Source: a virus
DNA: 64,000 nucleotides
Reading direction: 5' to 3' (one strand)
IMG/VR virus record: IMGVR_UViG_3300010354_000044
Location: 1-64,000 of that record
Translations under genes and position numbers: made by a program
The notes under the pieces: model-generated
The model's input: only the letters and a program-made list of their open reading frames with translations
Told to the model about the DNA's origin: nothing
Databases searched by the model: none
Shown: one piece after another, positions 51,716 to 61,078 of the stretch
How the letters are laid out: each line of letters starts with the position of its first letter
Position numbering within the stretch: the stretch's first letter is position 1

Positions 51716-52633
51716 ATGGTCCCAATTGAGCTGCAGAACCATCTATCTACTATCGGGGCCCAGTTTGGAGGGTTTGATACGATCGCTGAGCTTCTGCCGG
51801 CCTCCGATATTTACTACCTATCTACCTTCCCCGGGTCATTCTTTGTCGTAACACCGTGGACTATTAACCTAGAAGGTTATAAAGTTGATTTCTCCTATGC
51901 CGGACATTTGGCAGGTAGACCTTACAAGGTATTCAATAAAGAGTTTATCTATCTACACAGTAATACTAGCTTAATCTTTGAGGGTACAGAAGCTGAAGCT
52001 CTGTTAGCCTCAGCGTACCATGGCGAGTATTTTCATATACAACTGGCAACTAAGAATGGGCTTGAACTTGTTATCCTATGGGTTTGTAAAAGAGTCGCGC
52101 CTGTTGTAATTGATAATACATTACGCCAGTTACGCAACCAAATTAAACCCGTTGTAGAGCAGCCGCATCAACTTATTCTTGATTGCCGGGGTCTAAGTCT
52201 TTCTATTTACATTGGTTACGGCAATAATCTTACTGTTCAGGACTTAATTGTAAATGGCCAGATAGTTGAGGTCTCAGACCGTATTATACGGTTAACACCT
52301 ACTCAGTCTACCTGGTATGGATTTAAGTCTGAAGATATTTGGTACACAGTTACCCTAAGTGGCGACCAAGCTGACCGTTGGCGGCAGATTGGTGAGCTAC
52401 ATTATTTCAAAGCTACTAATAGTTATATCCCTAGGGTTGATACCCTAACTACCCGAAATTTCTCACTAGCCAAATTGGGGCGGGCAAATTTATACGGTAG
52501 ACCTAAGGCTATTGAATACATCCGAGGCCAGTCGTATGTTATTTGTAGAGTAAACTACGAGCCTGAGTTCATTAACTTAAACTTTGACTTTTCTATACCG
52601 TATAGTTCTATTATGTTTAAACAGTACATGTAA
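51716..52633 (+). CDS. Hypothetical protein
   Basis: 305-aa coupled ORF. Confidence 0.55.
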   Translation: MVPIELQNHLSTIGAQFGGFDTIAELLPASDIYYLSTFPGSFFVVTPWTINLEGYKVDFSYAGHLAGRPYKVFNKEFIYLHSNTSLIFEGTEAEALLASAYHGEYFHIQLATKNGLELVILWVCKRVAPVVIDNTLRQLRNQIKPVVEQPHQLILDCRGLSLSIYIGYGNNLTVQDLIVNGQIVEVSDRIIRLTPTQSTWYGFKSEDIWYTVTLSGDQADRWRQIGELHYFKATNSYIPRVDTLTTRNFSLAKLGRANLYGRPKAIEYIRGQSYVICRVNYEPEFINLNFDFSIPYSSIMFKQYM

Positions 52634-53238
52634 TGCCTGCAGGACACCTTCCGGCTAGAGATGCCAATAATCAAATTATTTATATTAAAAGCACTAAAGC
52701 TAACTCACAAGCAGAACCGGCGCTTAGTCAGGAAGATGTAGTAACAGCTTTAGGTCTTGAAACTAATACTAGCGCCCCGGCTAGTGATACGGCTGCTGCT
52801 AGTTTAAACGGGCGTTTAGTCCGGCTAGCGCAGCAGTTTACGACTTTGCTGAGCCTCTTGCCGGCATCACTAGGGCAAAAAACGAGCGCGGCTAGCCTTC
52901 CAGTAGTAATAGCGAGCAATCAACCAAGTCAGCCCGTAACAATGACTCCTATTACATTGTCGTCGGTATCAGGCGACCAGACGATCGTTTCCCCAACTGC
53001 TGGCAAGGCCTTACGTATCTATAGCATTGTATTAAGTAACCCTTCTGCAGCGACTAGTTTCATACTGAAATCTGGTACAGCCGCTCAAGGTCAGACAACT
53101 CTTAGCAGTACAATAGTTGCCCACGATTATGCTGGAGATTTTAAACATCCCTTGGGTCTGCTTGCAGACCGGAGCCTTGTTATTAATCTGCCGGTTAGTG
53201 GTTCCCTTAGTGGTTATGTCACCTGGAGGGAAGAGTGA
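52633..53238 (+). CDS. Virion fibre-associated protein
   Basis: SLGQKTSAASLPVVIASNQ motif common in phage fibres; TAATG coupling. Confidence 0.55.
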   Translation: MPAGHLPARDANNQIIYIKSTKANSQAEPALSQEDVVTALGLETNTSAPASDTAAASLNGRLVRLAQQFTTLLSLLPASLGQKTSAASLPVVIASNQPSQPVTMTPITLSSVSGDQTIVSPTAGKALRIYSIVLSNPSAATSFILKSGTAAQGQTTLSSTIVAHDYAGDFKHPLGLLADRSLVINLPVSGSLSGYVTWREE

Positions 53239-53612
53239 GTTCTATTCAAAGTCAAACATTTGGGGGCACCTTTATTAACATGGGAGTACAAGGTATTGGG
53301 CCCACCTCGCCCCTTAACAGTATTACACCCGTAACTACTCATTCACTTTATGTGCAAAGGACTACAAGCTTAGCTGACCCTCAAGGAGCCCGAGAAGTTC
53401 TTTGGGTTGCAGCAGGGGCGACATCAGCTGGGTGGGTTGTAGCCTCCGCTACACCTATTCGGCGATATAGCGTTAATAACCCTGCCGGGACAGTGATAGC
53501 TGACTTTGTAGGGCAGTCTTTGATTAATTACTCTATAGACGAATACGGGAACTCAAGCACCGCAACCCTTTATATATCTGGGAGTGGGAGTACCTCATGG
53601 TATGCCGTATAG
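53235..53612 (+). CDS. Hypothetical virion protein
   Basis: GTGA overlap with the upstream gene; N-terminus shared with the 54554 ORF. Confidence 0.5.
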   Translation: MSSIQSQTFGGTFINMGVQGIGPTSPLNSITPVTTHSLYVQRTTSLADPQGAREVLWVAAGATSAGWVVASATPIRRYSVNNPAGTVIADFVGQSLINYSIDEYGNSSTATLYISGSGSTSWYAV

Positions 53613-54511
53613 CATTTCTTCGGCCTCCATTAGTAGACAACCGCGTGGCTGGCCGACATATCTCAACCCTAGAGCTTGTCAAAGGTCTAAGAAGTATTGG
53701 TGTTAACGCCGTTTACACACATAACCTAAAGGCCAAGGCAGACTACTATGCCGTTGACTGTTTAGAAGATATCCGATGGCTGCCCGATGTAGCTCCAGCC
53801 AGGCGAATTGCTTGGATTAGGCGTGATGTCTATAAGCAGGTACAACGTCCTGTTATTGAAGGTGTTGGGCATTTATTCGCAAGCAGCCAGTTTGTCGCCC
53901 GGGCGTGGAAAGAGTACCCAGTGACAGTCCTACCCGATGCCGTATATCTACCCGCTTGGATACGTCCTCATGTTCGCCACCGTTTACTCTACGTTGGCAG
54001 GGTCTGCCGAAGTAAAGGTATACCCTTATTACTCCAAGCTATGAAGTTCCTGAATTATCGTTGGCATCTAACAATAGCTGGGCCGATTCTTGCAGATTTT
54101 GGCCCAATGGTAGAAAACTATAATATTAAATATCATGTTAAATTTACCGGGGAGCTGCCTTACTGGCGCATTGGTCAGTTATACCGGCAAGCAGAATGTG
54201 TCATAGTCCCGAGCCATAATGAGCCCTTTGGCCGCGCTGTTGTTGAGTCTTGGGCAAATGGATCTACCCCGATCGCTATCGCTGGTAGTGGGGGCCCAGA
54301 GGAAACGCTACAGCAGGTTTCATTAGCAAAGTTCCCTTATTTAGTTCCGCATAACCCTAAGCAGATTGCTAAAGCTATTCGCTGGGTAACCGAGTCTGAT
54401 GGCGATGGTATCCCCTATCGTCTTGATTATGAACACTGCCGAGAACTGGCTAAACCTTATGATAGGCGGTCTATTGCTAAACAATTTATGGAGCATTTAA
54501 CTAATGCTTAG
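53597..54511 (+). CDS. Glycosyltransferase, GT-B fold (GT4-like)
   Basis: LLYVGR...KG...LL.A; F.G; VPSHNEPFGRAVVE (E-x7-E). Confidence 0.9.
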   Translation: MVCRIAFLRPPLVDNRVAGRHISTLELVKGLRSIGVNAVYTHNLKAKADYYAVDCLEDIRWLPDVAPARRIAWIRRDVYKQVQRPVIEGVGHLFASSQFVARAWKEYPVTVLPDAVYLPAWIRPHVRHRLLYVGRVCRSKGIPLLLQAMKFLNYRWHLTIAGPILADFGPMVENYNIKYHVKFTGELPYWRIGQLYRQAECVIVPSHNEPFGRAVVESWANGSTPIAIAGSGGPEETLQQVSLAKFPYLVPHNPKQIAKAIRWVTESDGDGIPYRLDYEHCRELAKPYDRRSIAKQFMEHLTNA

Positions 54512-54553
54512 TAGTTATTTGCTTGTTACCTACCTTGTCTGGAGAGTACGTCG

Positions 54554-55411
54554 GTGAGTTACATTCAAAGTCAGACATTCTTACCTTCCGGCGGTGGCTT
54601 TAGCTTTAAGTACACCTTCAGCGATAGCACCAGCAGCGGGCCATCGGCGGGGCAGGTGCGGCTCAATAATGCAGCCTCCGCCAGCGCTACTCAAATATTT
54701 ATCAGCGAGACAGACCGCAACAGCAAAAATATGGCAGCCTTGCTGGACTTGGTTGCCGCCAATACTGGCTTGTTGTTGACCAGCGAGGCGGACCCTAGCC
54801 GGTACGCTTACTATGTTGTCACTGGCAGCACCGACAATAGTAGCGATCGCACCTTGGCGGTAACCCATGTGGCCAGCAGTAGCACGCTGACTGGGAACGT
54901 GACCATATCCGTTGCTGGGGGTGGTGGGGGTAGTGGTGGTGCCTCATTGACGCTAACAGAGCAAGCGCAGATCCCAAGCACAAGCGGTGATGAAATCAAG
55001 TTAGCCAACGTCAGTAATAACTTTCAATGGCGGTTAGAAAGCAACGGTCTTACCTACACCGCAGCCGCTACCAACCGAAGCCAGTCCTATACTGGAGCTC
55101 AGACAGTTTCGAGCATCAGTTTAATAGACACATTTACTATTAGTACAAACGCGAGTCAAGGGAACGTTTTTACTGTTACATTATTTGGAAATAGAACATT
55201 AGGAGCTCCCACTAATCTACAGGCTGGGGGAACCTATTTATGGATCATAACTCAAGGAAGTAGTTCCAGAACTCTGCAATATAATTCAATATTTAAATTC
55301 CCTAACGGTTTAGTGCCTGAATTAAGTACTGCAGCTAACGCAATTGATGTTCTGACCTGTGTATATAACGGGACTGCCTTATTGTGTAACTTAGTTAAGG
55401 ACTTTAGGTAA
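54554..55411 (+). CDS. Tail fibre protein
   Basis: C-terminal VTL.GNRTLGAPTN...IITQ...KFPNG..P.LSTAANAIDVL domain common in phage fibres. Confidence 0.75.
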   Translation: MSYIQSQTFLPSGGGFSFKYTFSDSTSSGPSAGQVRLNNAASASATQIFISETDRNSKNMAALLDLVAANTGLLLTSEADPSRYAYYVVTGSTDNSSDRTLAVTHVASSSTLTGNVTISVAGGGGGSGGASLTLTEQAQIPSTSGDEIKLANVSNNFQWRLESNGLTYTAAATNRSQSYTGAQTVSSISLIDTFTISTNASQGNVFTVTLFGNRTLGAPTNLQAGGTYLWIITQGSSSRTLQYNSIFKFPNGLVPELSTAANAIDVLTCVYNGTALLCNLVKDFR

Positions 55412-57948
55412 TGTTTACGTTCCCTACTGGATTATTTGCAGGGGCCCGTCCCGACTACGGAGACAACCTAGCTTTAATTGTTGAGACGGATAATATACCA
55501 TTTTCCAGTGGCAGTCCATCAACAAGTGTACAATTTAGGTTACCTTTAGCATTTCAAACCAGTTACAATTTTACTATTGATTGGGGGGATGCCGTTGTAG
55601 AAACTATTGTAACAAGTGGTATAAGCTCACAACCGGTTCATACCTACCCTAGTGCGGGTGTTTATACTATAAAAATTAGAGAAAACGTTACTAATGGATT
55701 TCCTACGTTAAGGTTTACTAATACTGGTGACCGATTTAAATTAATTGAACTTGCTAATTGGGGTAACTGTACCTGGACTACATTTGAATCAGCGTTTTAC
55801 GGGTGTGCAAACCTCGTCATTACTGCTTTAGATAGCCTAACAGCAAAAACAGGACTCGTTACAAGTTTTAGAGACGCGTGGAGGGGGTGTACTAATTTAA
55901 GAACATTTCCGAATATTGATGTATCAAGTGGTACAAACTTTAGAGATGCTTGGTCCGGTTGTAATAAATTAATTGAATTTCCTGCTCTTAATTTTGTCTC
56001 AGGGGTAGACTTTAGGGGTACTTGGTGGGGTTGTCGGGGATTAACTACATTTCCAACTGTTAATTTTCCGGCAGGGGTGGATTTTAGTAATGCTTGGTAC
56101 GATTGTCAAGGTCTACTCAACTTTCCGAATATTTCGTTTCCAGTGGCAACTGTGTTTACCGCAGCCTGGAAATTTTGCTCTAATCTAGTTAGCTTTCCAA
56201 TCACTGATTTTCCGTCTGGTATATTATTTACTGAAGCTTGGAGTCATTGTTATTTCTTAAGCAGTTTCCCGTCTGCTAACTTCCCAAATGCTACTGATTT
56301 TAAGTATGCATGGTATAGTTGCTATAGATTACAGAGCTTTCTTACCACTAATTTTCCTGCCGCTATAGATTTTAACCGGGCATGGGCTTATTGTGGTCTC
56401 TTGCCAGACTTTCCTCTTATAAATGTACCTAACGCTTCGGGTTTTCAATTAACATGGTTCAACTGCACTAGTTTAACTACTTTCCCGCCCATTAGCTTTC
56501 CTAAAGGTACTGAATTCTCCAACGCTTGGGGTGGTTGTACTGGACTAACGAGCTTTCCTGCCCTTAACTTTCCAGTTGCCACAAATCTTGCCGGCGCATG
56601 GTCTGAGTGTACTAGCCTAACTAGTTTTCCTGTTATTACAGCTCCATTAGCTACTACATTTAATTATGCCTGGGCAGATTGCAGCAGCCTAACCAGCTTT
56701 CCCATTATCGAGTTTCCTCAAGCGACTATCCTTTCACGCGCTTGGCTTAACTGCACTAGTTTAACTACTTTTCCAACTCTTAACTTTCCTGTAGCTACCG
56801 ATTTTGTAGAGACGTGGAGAAACTGTAGTAGTTTAGCAACGTTTCCACTTATTAGTTTCCCAGCGGCTATAAGTTTCTACAGAGCATGGAGTCTCTGTAC
56901 TAGCCTTACAACCTTTCCCGCAATTGATTTCGCTACAGCTACGAGTCTTGATGAGGCGTGGGCAGGATGCACAAGATTAACAAGTTTCCCTCTAATTAAT
57001 ACCCCTAATGTTAGTGGCTTTAGTAGTACATGGGTTGACTGCACAGGTCTAAACAACATTGACTTTCCACTTATTAACATGGGAGTTATGATATCCGGAT
57101 ATGACTGCTTCACCGGCGTCAGTCTATCAACCCAGTCCTACTCCAATTTGTTAATTGACATTAACACTAGAAATAGCCGATCAAATGTTAGCTTTGATGC
57201 CGGCGGCAGCACGTACAATACGAACGCAGCTACCGCCCGCGCTGCTTTAGTCTCCCGTGGGTGGTTGATAACTGACGGAGGGCCTATTGATCCAGATCCT
57301 TTTTATGACAATGTTTCGTTGCTATTGCTTGGAAATGGTACTAACAATCTAGCTAATTTCAGAGATTCAGGGCCGGCGCGTAGATCCGTGACCGTATCCA
57401 GCGGGAATCCAGTAATTACTACCTCTCAATTCAAATATGGCAATGGGTCTATAACCGGCGGTAGGATTGAAGTCCCGTATAGCCCCGCCTTTGATTGGGG
57501 GACTGGAGACTTTACCATTGAATTTTGGTTCAGATGGAGCGGAACGCTCAGTTCTGAGTTTAGGTTCTGCGTAGGCGGTACTCCTCCCTGTTTCGGCTTT
57601 GGAAGTAGAAGCTCTGGAGGCCGTGTCATCGGCCTAGTTCAAGAAAATGTGGCGTGGGATGTTGAGATCCCATGGACTCCAGTAGGGTCAGGTACTTGGT
57701 TCCATCTTGCCCTAGTTAGGGCAAATGGTGTTGTAACTATCTTCCAGAATGGCGTAAGTATCGGATCTCAGGCTAATACCCGAAACTGGACTATGAACAA
57801 CAGTGTATTTGTTATAATGCCTGATACGCTCATAGCCTCTAGCGGCGCCTGGTTTGATGACTTCAGAGCAACCGAAGGCGTAGCCCGGTACACGTCAAAC
57901 TTTACACCACCGAGTACAGAGTTACCCGACGAGGGTGATTTACCTTAG
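55411..57948 (+). CDS. Receptor-binding protein: PKD-like + BspA/DUF285-type leucine-rich repeats + LamG/ConA domain
   Basis: IDWGD...HTY...GVYTIKI; about 17 repeats of 24 aa (FPxINFPxATxFxxAWxxCTSLTS); GTGDFTIEFW...WFHLALVR...DDFRAT.GVARY. Confidence 0.85.
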   Translation: MFTFPTGLFAGARPDYGDNLALIVETDNIPFSSGSPSTSVQFRLPLAFQTSYNFTIDWGDAVVETIVTSGISSQPVHTYPSAGVYTIKIRENVTNGFPTLRFTNTGDRFKLIELANWGNCTWTTFESAFYGCANLVITALDSLTAKTGLVTSFRDAWRGCTNLRTFPNIDVSSGTNFRDAWSGCNKLIEFPALNFVSGVDFRGTWWGCRGLTTFPTVNFPAGVDFSNAWYDCQGLLNFPNISFPVATVFTAAWKFCSNLVSFPITDFPSGILFTEAWSHCYFLSSFPSANFPNATDFKYAWYSCYRLQSFLTTNFPAAIDFNRAWAYCGLLPDFPLINVPNASGFQLTWFNCTSLTTFPPISFPKGTEFSNAWGGCTGLTSFPALNFPVATNLAGAWSECTSLTSFPVITAPLATTFNYAWADCSSLTSFPIIEFPQATILSRAWLNCTSLTTFPTLNFPVATDFVETWRNCSSLATFPLISFPAAISFYRAWSLCTSLTTFPAIDFATATSLDEAWAGCTRLTSFPLINTPNVSGFSSTWVDCTGLNNIDFPLINMGVMISGYDCFTGVSLSTQSYSNLLIDINTRNSRSNVSFDAGGSTYNTNAATARAALVSRGWLITDGGPIDPDPFYDNVSLLLLGNGTNNLANFRDSGPARRSVTVSSGNPVITTSQFKYGNGSITGGRIEVPYSPAFDWGTGDFTIEFWFRWSGTLSSEFRFCVGGTPPCFGFGSRSSGGRVIGLVQENVAWDVEIPWTPVGSGTWFHLALVRANGVVTIFQNGVSIGSQANTRNWTMNNSVFVIMPDTLIASSGAWFDDFRATEGVARYTSNFTPPSTELPDEGDLP

Positions 57949-58250
57949 GTAAGGCCAATCCTATCGTCTATGGCCTGCAGTAATGTATAGAGCACTGAAA
58001 GCTGGTTTATCTCAAACGGAGTTAGGCCGCGATCGTACATCGCCCTAATCTGATGAATGACGAGGTCTAGCCGTTGCATCGTATAGAATTCAATCAAAAG
58101 CTGAACAGCCAGATCCTGCGTTAGGCCATGGGTCTCGGATAACTGCTTGAGGGCTGTGAACGTAGGGCTGGTGAGTGCCAGTCGGTCATACTCGTACCTA
58201 CCGTTTGTCTTGCTTCTTGCTAACCGCTGTGGTTTTCCTGTTGCAGCCAT
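57945..58250 (-). CDS. Small putative DNA-binding protein (RHH-like)
   Basis: RLALT..TF.ALK.LS..HGLT....V.LLI pattern. Confidence 0.45.
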   Translation of the reverse strand: MAATGKPQRLARSKTNGRYEYDRLALTSPTFTALKQLSETHGLTQDLAVQLLIEFYTMQRLDLVIHQIRAMYDRGLTPFEINQLSVLYTLLQAIDDRIGLT

Positions 58251-58462
58251 ACTTGCTCCTCCTCTTCTTCAGTTCCTACAAAAGACTCATCGCAGTTTAA
58301 ATAAACATTCCTACCATCTATACGAATATCACCGGCGCTTTTAATGGTTATATGCGCACGGTCTATGATTATCTGTGTAGAGCTATTTTGTATGCAAAGT
58401 GTATGCTTATGTACGCGCACATAGTCTAATAAACGCCACAATCTTATTACTTTCTGTATCAT
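58220..58462 (-). CDS. Small spike-like beta-strand protein
   Basis: IIIDRAHITIKSAGDIRIDGRNVYLN resembles gpV/gp45 spike C-termini; adjacent to PAAR. Confidence 0.45.
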   Translation of the reverse strand: MIQKVIRLWRLLDYVRVHKHTLCIQNSSTQIIIDRAHITIKSAGDIRIDGRNVYLNCDESFVGTEEEEEQVWLQQENHSG

Positions 58463-58471
58463 GTTATATGC

Positions 58472-58726
58472 TTATTGTACAAAAACTGTATTAGAGCCTT
58501 GGATGCAAACGCCGCCCCCACTATTCCTATCCATCTTCCGATGCGCCCGCCGACCTTCTATGTAAACCCGGCTTGATCCTGTGGTAGCTACAAAGCGCAC
58601 AAGCCTATCGCCTACCGTAGCCGCTTTGCGGTTATTGACAAAGGTGCGTTTGCTTCTGCATCGGGTAATAGGTCTAATCCCGCGCCAGGTTACCTCTAGG
58701 TCCCCTAATCTAGCTTGTGGTTTCAT
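58472..58726 (-). CDS. PAAR-like spike tip protein (T4 gp5.4-like)
   Basis: QARLGD...TFVNNRKAATVGD...GSSRVYIEG...GSNTVFV; ATG at 58726 preferred. Confidence 0.8.
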   Translation of the reverse strand: MKPQARLGDLEVTWRGIRPITRCRSKRTFVNNRKAATVGDRLVRFVATTGSSRVYIEGRRAHRKMDRNSGGGVCIQGSNTVFVQ

Positions 58727-59546
58727 TTTGTATAGGTTGGTATAGAGTATTATCAATTAGATTTTGAAGGGCTATTGATTTACATTCCTCAATTAGCCGA
58801 CTCTCTAGGCTGAGATCAATGGTAGGGATATCTCGGTGCTCATAGTTATCCAAATCAGCGGACCAATAGTCTCCTATCTCTTGATCCGTTGCCAAGGTCT
58901 GAATAGATGTTAGGGCAAATTGTTCTACGGTCTGCGTCGTTTGGGTAACTCCGTAAATAACCCTATTAGGTAATTTCCGGATAGTCGCTAGACTCAAGGG
59001 TCTATAGAGGGCTATGTTTGCAGGCGTCTCCTGGGCTGGTACAGTATCACTTAGTAACGTCCGCCTGCGCTGCTCTGCTAGGATAGCCTCTTTTTCGTCT
59101 GCATAGGGCTGTCCAGAATACCCAAAAGAGTAATGCTTTAAGTTTAGTGTCTGACTCTCATAGACAACATCAGTATCTGCCCAGAGTTCGTTAAGCCCTC
59201 GCCCATTAACCCTTCCTGTGTAGGCTTCTTCAATTAAACTCTCGGGCGCGGTAATAGGTTCAGTAAATACAGAGGCACTGCTTGTAAAATAAAATAGCCG
59301 AATATCTAAGTTACCAATGTTTAGAGTTAATTTAGGAATAAACGGTCTATTGGCTAAGCGATCGTAGGATTGGATTCGGACGATAGCGCCCTGCTCAAGA
59401 CGGAGTTCAAACTGCATCTGCTGGTATACTAACCCCCCGCCATATTGCTCTTGTTGGCTATACAGCGGGCGGGCTAAGTCCGGCAGATTCAAGTCCTTGG
59501 TTACAATAATCATATAGAAATATCTGCGGTACTTTGGGTTTAGCAC
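58710..59546 (-). CDS. Hypothetical protein
   Basis: 278-aa ORF upstream of PAAR. Confidence 0.55.
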   Translation of the reverse strand: MLNPKYRRYFYMIIVTKDLNLPDLARPLYSQQEQYGGGLVYQQMQFELRLEQGAIVRIQSYDRLANRPFIPKLTLNIGNLDIRLFYFTSSASVFTEPITAPESLIEEAYTGRVNGRGLNELWADTDVVYESQTLNLKHYSFGYSGQPYADEKEAILAEQRRRTLLSDTVPAQETPANIALYRPLSLATIRKLPNRVIYGVTQTTQTVEQFALTSIQTLATDQEIGDYWSADLDNYEHRDIPTIDLSLESRLIEECKSIALQNLIDNTLYQPIQNETTS

Positions 59547-59572
59547 CGCAGATATAACGCAGACTATCCAAC

Positions 59573-59887
59573 TCAGAAGTCTAATTCCTGAGCCGCTGGA
59601 AGTGTAACCCCCTTGGAGGCCTTTACGGACTTATCCGCAACAGGCCTTGGCGTCTCTTTTACTACCGGCTCTTGTATAGCAACGGTGCTGCTGCGCGATC
59701 GCTCCACCGCGGCGTTAGTAGGAGGGGCTGTTGACTGAGGTTTATCTAAATAATCCCACGAGACCGTAAGCATAAACTCAAAGACATCGGCCCAGTTTAG
59801 CCTGGCGCGGCGCCTGTTTTCTTGCAGCCGGGTTTTTAATGCTTTTAAACCCTCTACAATCTTTAGGTCCGATATCCTATAGTTCAT
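59573..59887 (-). CDS. Putative ParR-like adaptor
   Basis: Small gene coupled (ATGA) downstream of parM; helical N-terminus, low-complexity tail ending ELDF. Confidence 0.45.
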   Translation of the reverse strand: MNYRISDLKIVEGLKALKTRLQENRRRARLNWADVFEFMLTVSWDYLDKPQSTAPPTNAAVERSRSSTVAIQEPVVKETPRPVADKSVKASKGVTLPAAQELDF

Positions 59888-60972
59888 CCTACCATGACTC
59901 CTACGCGCTGGTTGCTTAGCCTATACAGGGCATGTACATTGCTGAGCTCGGGTTGATCAGGGATATAGATTTCAAAATTCTTCAAAGGGGCGCGCAGAAT
60001 GTTAGCTCCACCGCCGAAGAACATAATACCACTCATCCCTTCACTGCCCGTAGAACCTTTAAATCTATTACTGCACTTAGACTGAATCTCTAGATAATAC
60101 GAGCGAGCTACTTTCCTAAAGATATCAGAAAAGTCAAAGCGCTGATTATTATCCAAGGGGTACTCATATCGCGGTTTGCCGTCATGGCCAATCACCGGGC
60201 GGCATAAAGCATCCATAATAATACCAGAATTGGGAATACCAGTTACTGCATTACGAAATTCTGGGTTATCTGCCAATTGGCTTGTAATAGCGACTACGCC
60301 CGCCAAGGGTGAGCCATTAGAGCCATTATAAGATTCGCGGTCTAGTAGGGTGTTGTCACTATCTAAGGTCACCATCTCAACGGTGCCCCCGCCAATATCC
60401 ACACCTAAAACAGTTCCATATTCCGATAGGTAACCATCTTCCCGCGCAAATACAACAGCATCTAAGCCCTCCGGGCGGCAAACCTTAGGCTTAATAGCAA
60501 CCGTCATATCATAGGCGCCGCTATGGTCCGTATAGGTATACCGGAAAGTCCGCGCGAGGGCCCGCTCCAATCGCTCAGCGACGGTCATCGTAATCTCTTC
60601 ACCCACGTCATCGCGCCCGCGGCAAATTAAACTAGGTTCAGGAAGACTCCAATAAAGTTCTACCTCATAGGAGCAGACTCGCTTACTTAAAGGCCCTAGT
60701 GTAGATAAAACCATAGGCACATAATTTTCAGGCTCAAGCTTGTTTAAGTCCATCAGCTCATGGGCCGCCGCCCCATACTTACGAGCCTGATGCCCAATAT
60801 GCCACGCCCCATATTCATTAGATTCAATAATTACATTATCTGGCTTTACTTCAATCCGGCGGCCAATTAGCTGAGCCATAACTGACTTGCGAGTCCTCGG
60901 CGCCGTCTCATCATCACGTAGTCCATAAGTTGTGTAATTACCAACGTCAATAGCTTGACTAATCGTAGGCAT
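59884..60972 (-). CDS. parM: Actin-like ATPase, ParM/StbA family
   Basis: Phosphate-1 AIDVGNYTT, connect PEG, phosphate-2 GVDIGGGTVE, adenosine FFGGGA, N..A connect. Confidence 0.85.
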   Translation of the reverse strand: MPTISQAIDVGNYTTYGLRDDETAPRTRKSVMAQLIGRRIEVKPDNVIIESNEYGAWHIGHQARKYGAAAHELMDLNKLEPENYVPMVLSTLGPLSKRVCSYEVELYWSLPEPSLICRGRDDVGEEITMTVAERLERALARTFRYTYTDHSGAYDMTVAIKPKVCRPEGLDAVVFAREDGYLSEYGTVLGVDIGGGTVEMVTLDSDNTLLDRESYNGSNGSPLAGVVAITSQLADNPEFRNAVTGIPNSGIIMDALCRPVIGHDGKPRYEYPLDNNQRFDFSDIFRKVARSYYLEIQSKCSNRFKGSTGSEGMSGIMFFGGGANILRAPLKNFEIYIPDQPELSNVHALYRLSNQRVGVMVG

Positions 60973-61055
60973 ATATATATATAACTGAATTCGACTTATT
61001 AGAGTATACCTAAATTACCTAAAACTTGCACCTTACTTACATACAAAACTCACCC

Positions 61056-61078
61056 AGCCGCTCTTGAGCGGCTTTTTT
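61056..61078 (+). terminator. Intrinsic terminator
   Basis: AGCCGCTC-TT-GAGCGGCT followed by TTTTT. Confidence 0.7.

Noticed and set aside
46723-57948. Diversity-generating retroelement or invertible fibre cassette
   Set aside because: No reverse transcriptase, invertase, TR/VR pair or inverted crossover sites were seen in the window.
1-58726. Bacterial contractile injection system or tailocin
   Set aside because: Terminase, portal, protease and major capsid genes show a DNA-packaging phage.
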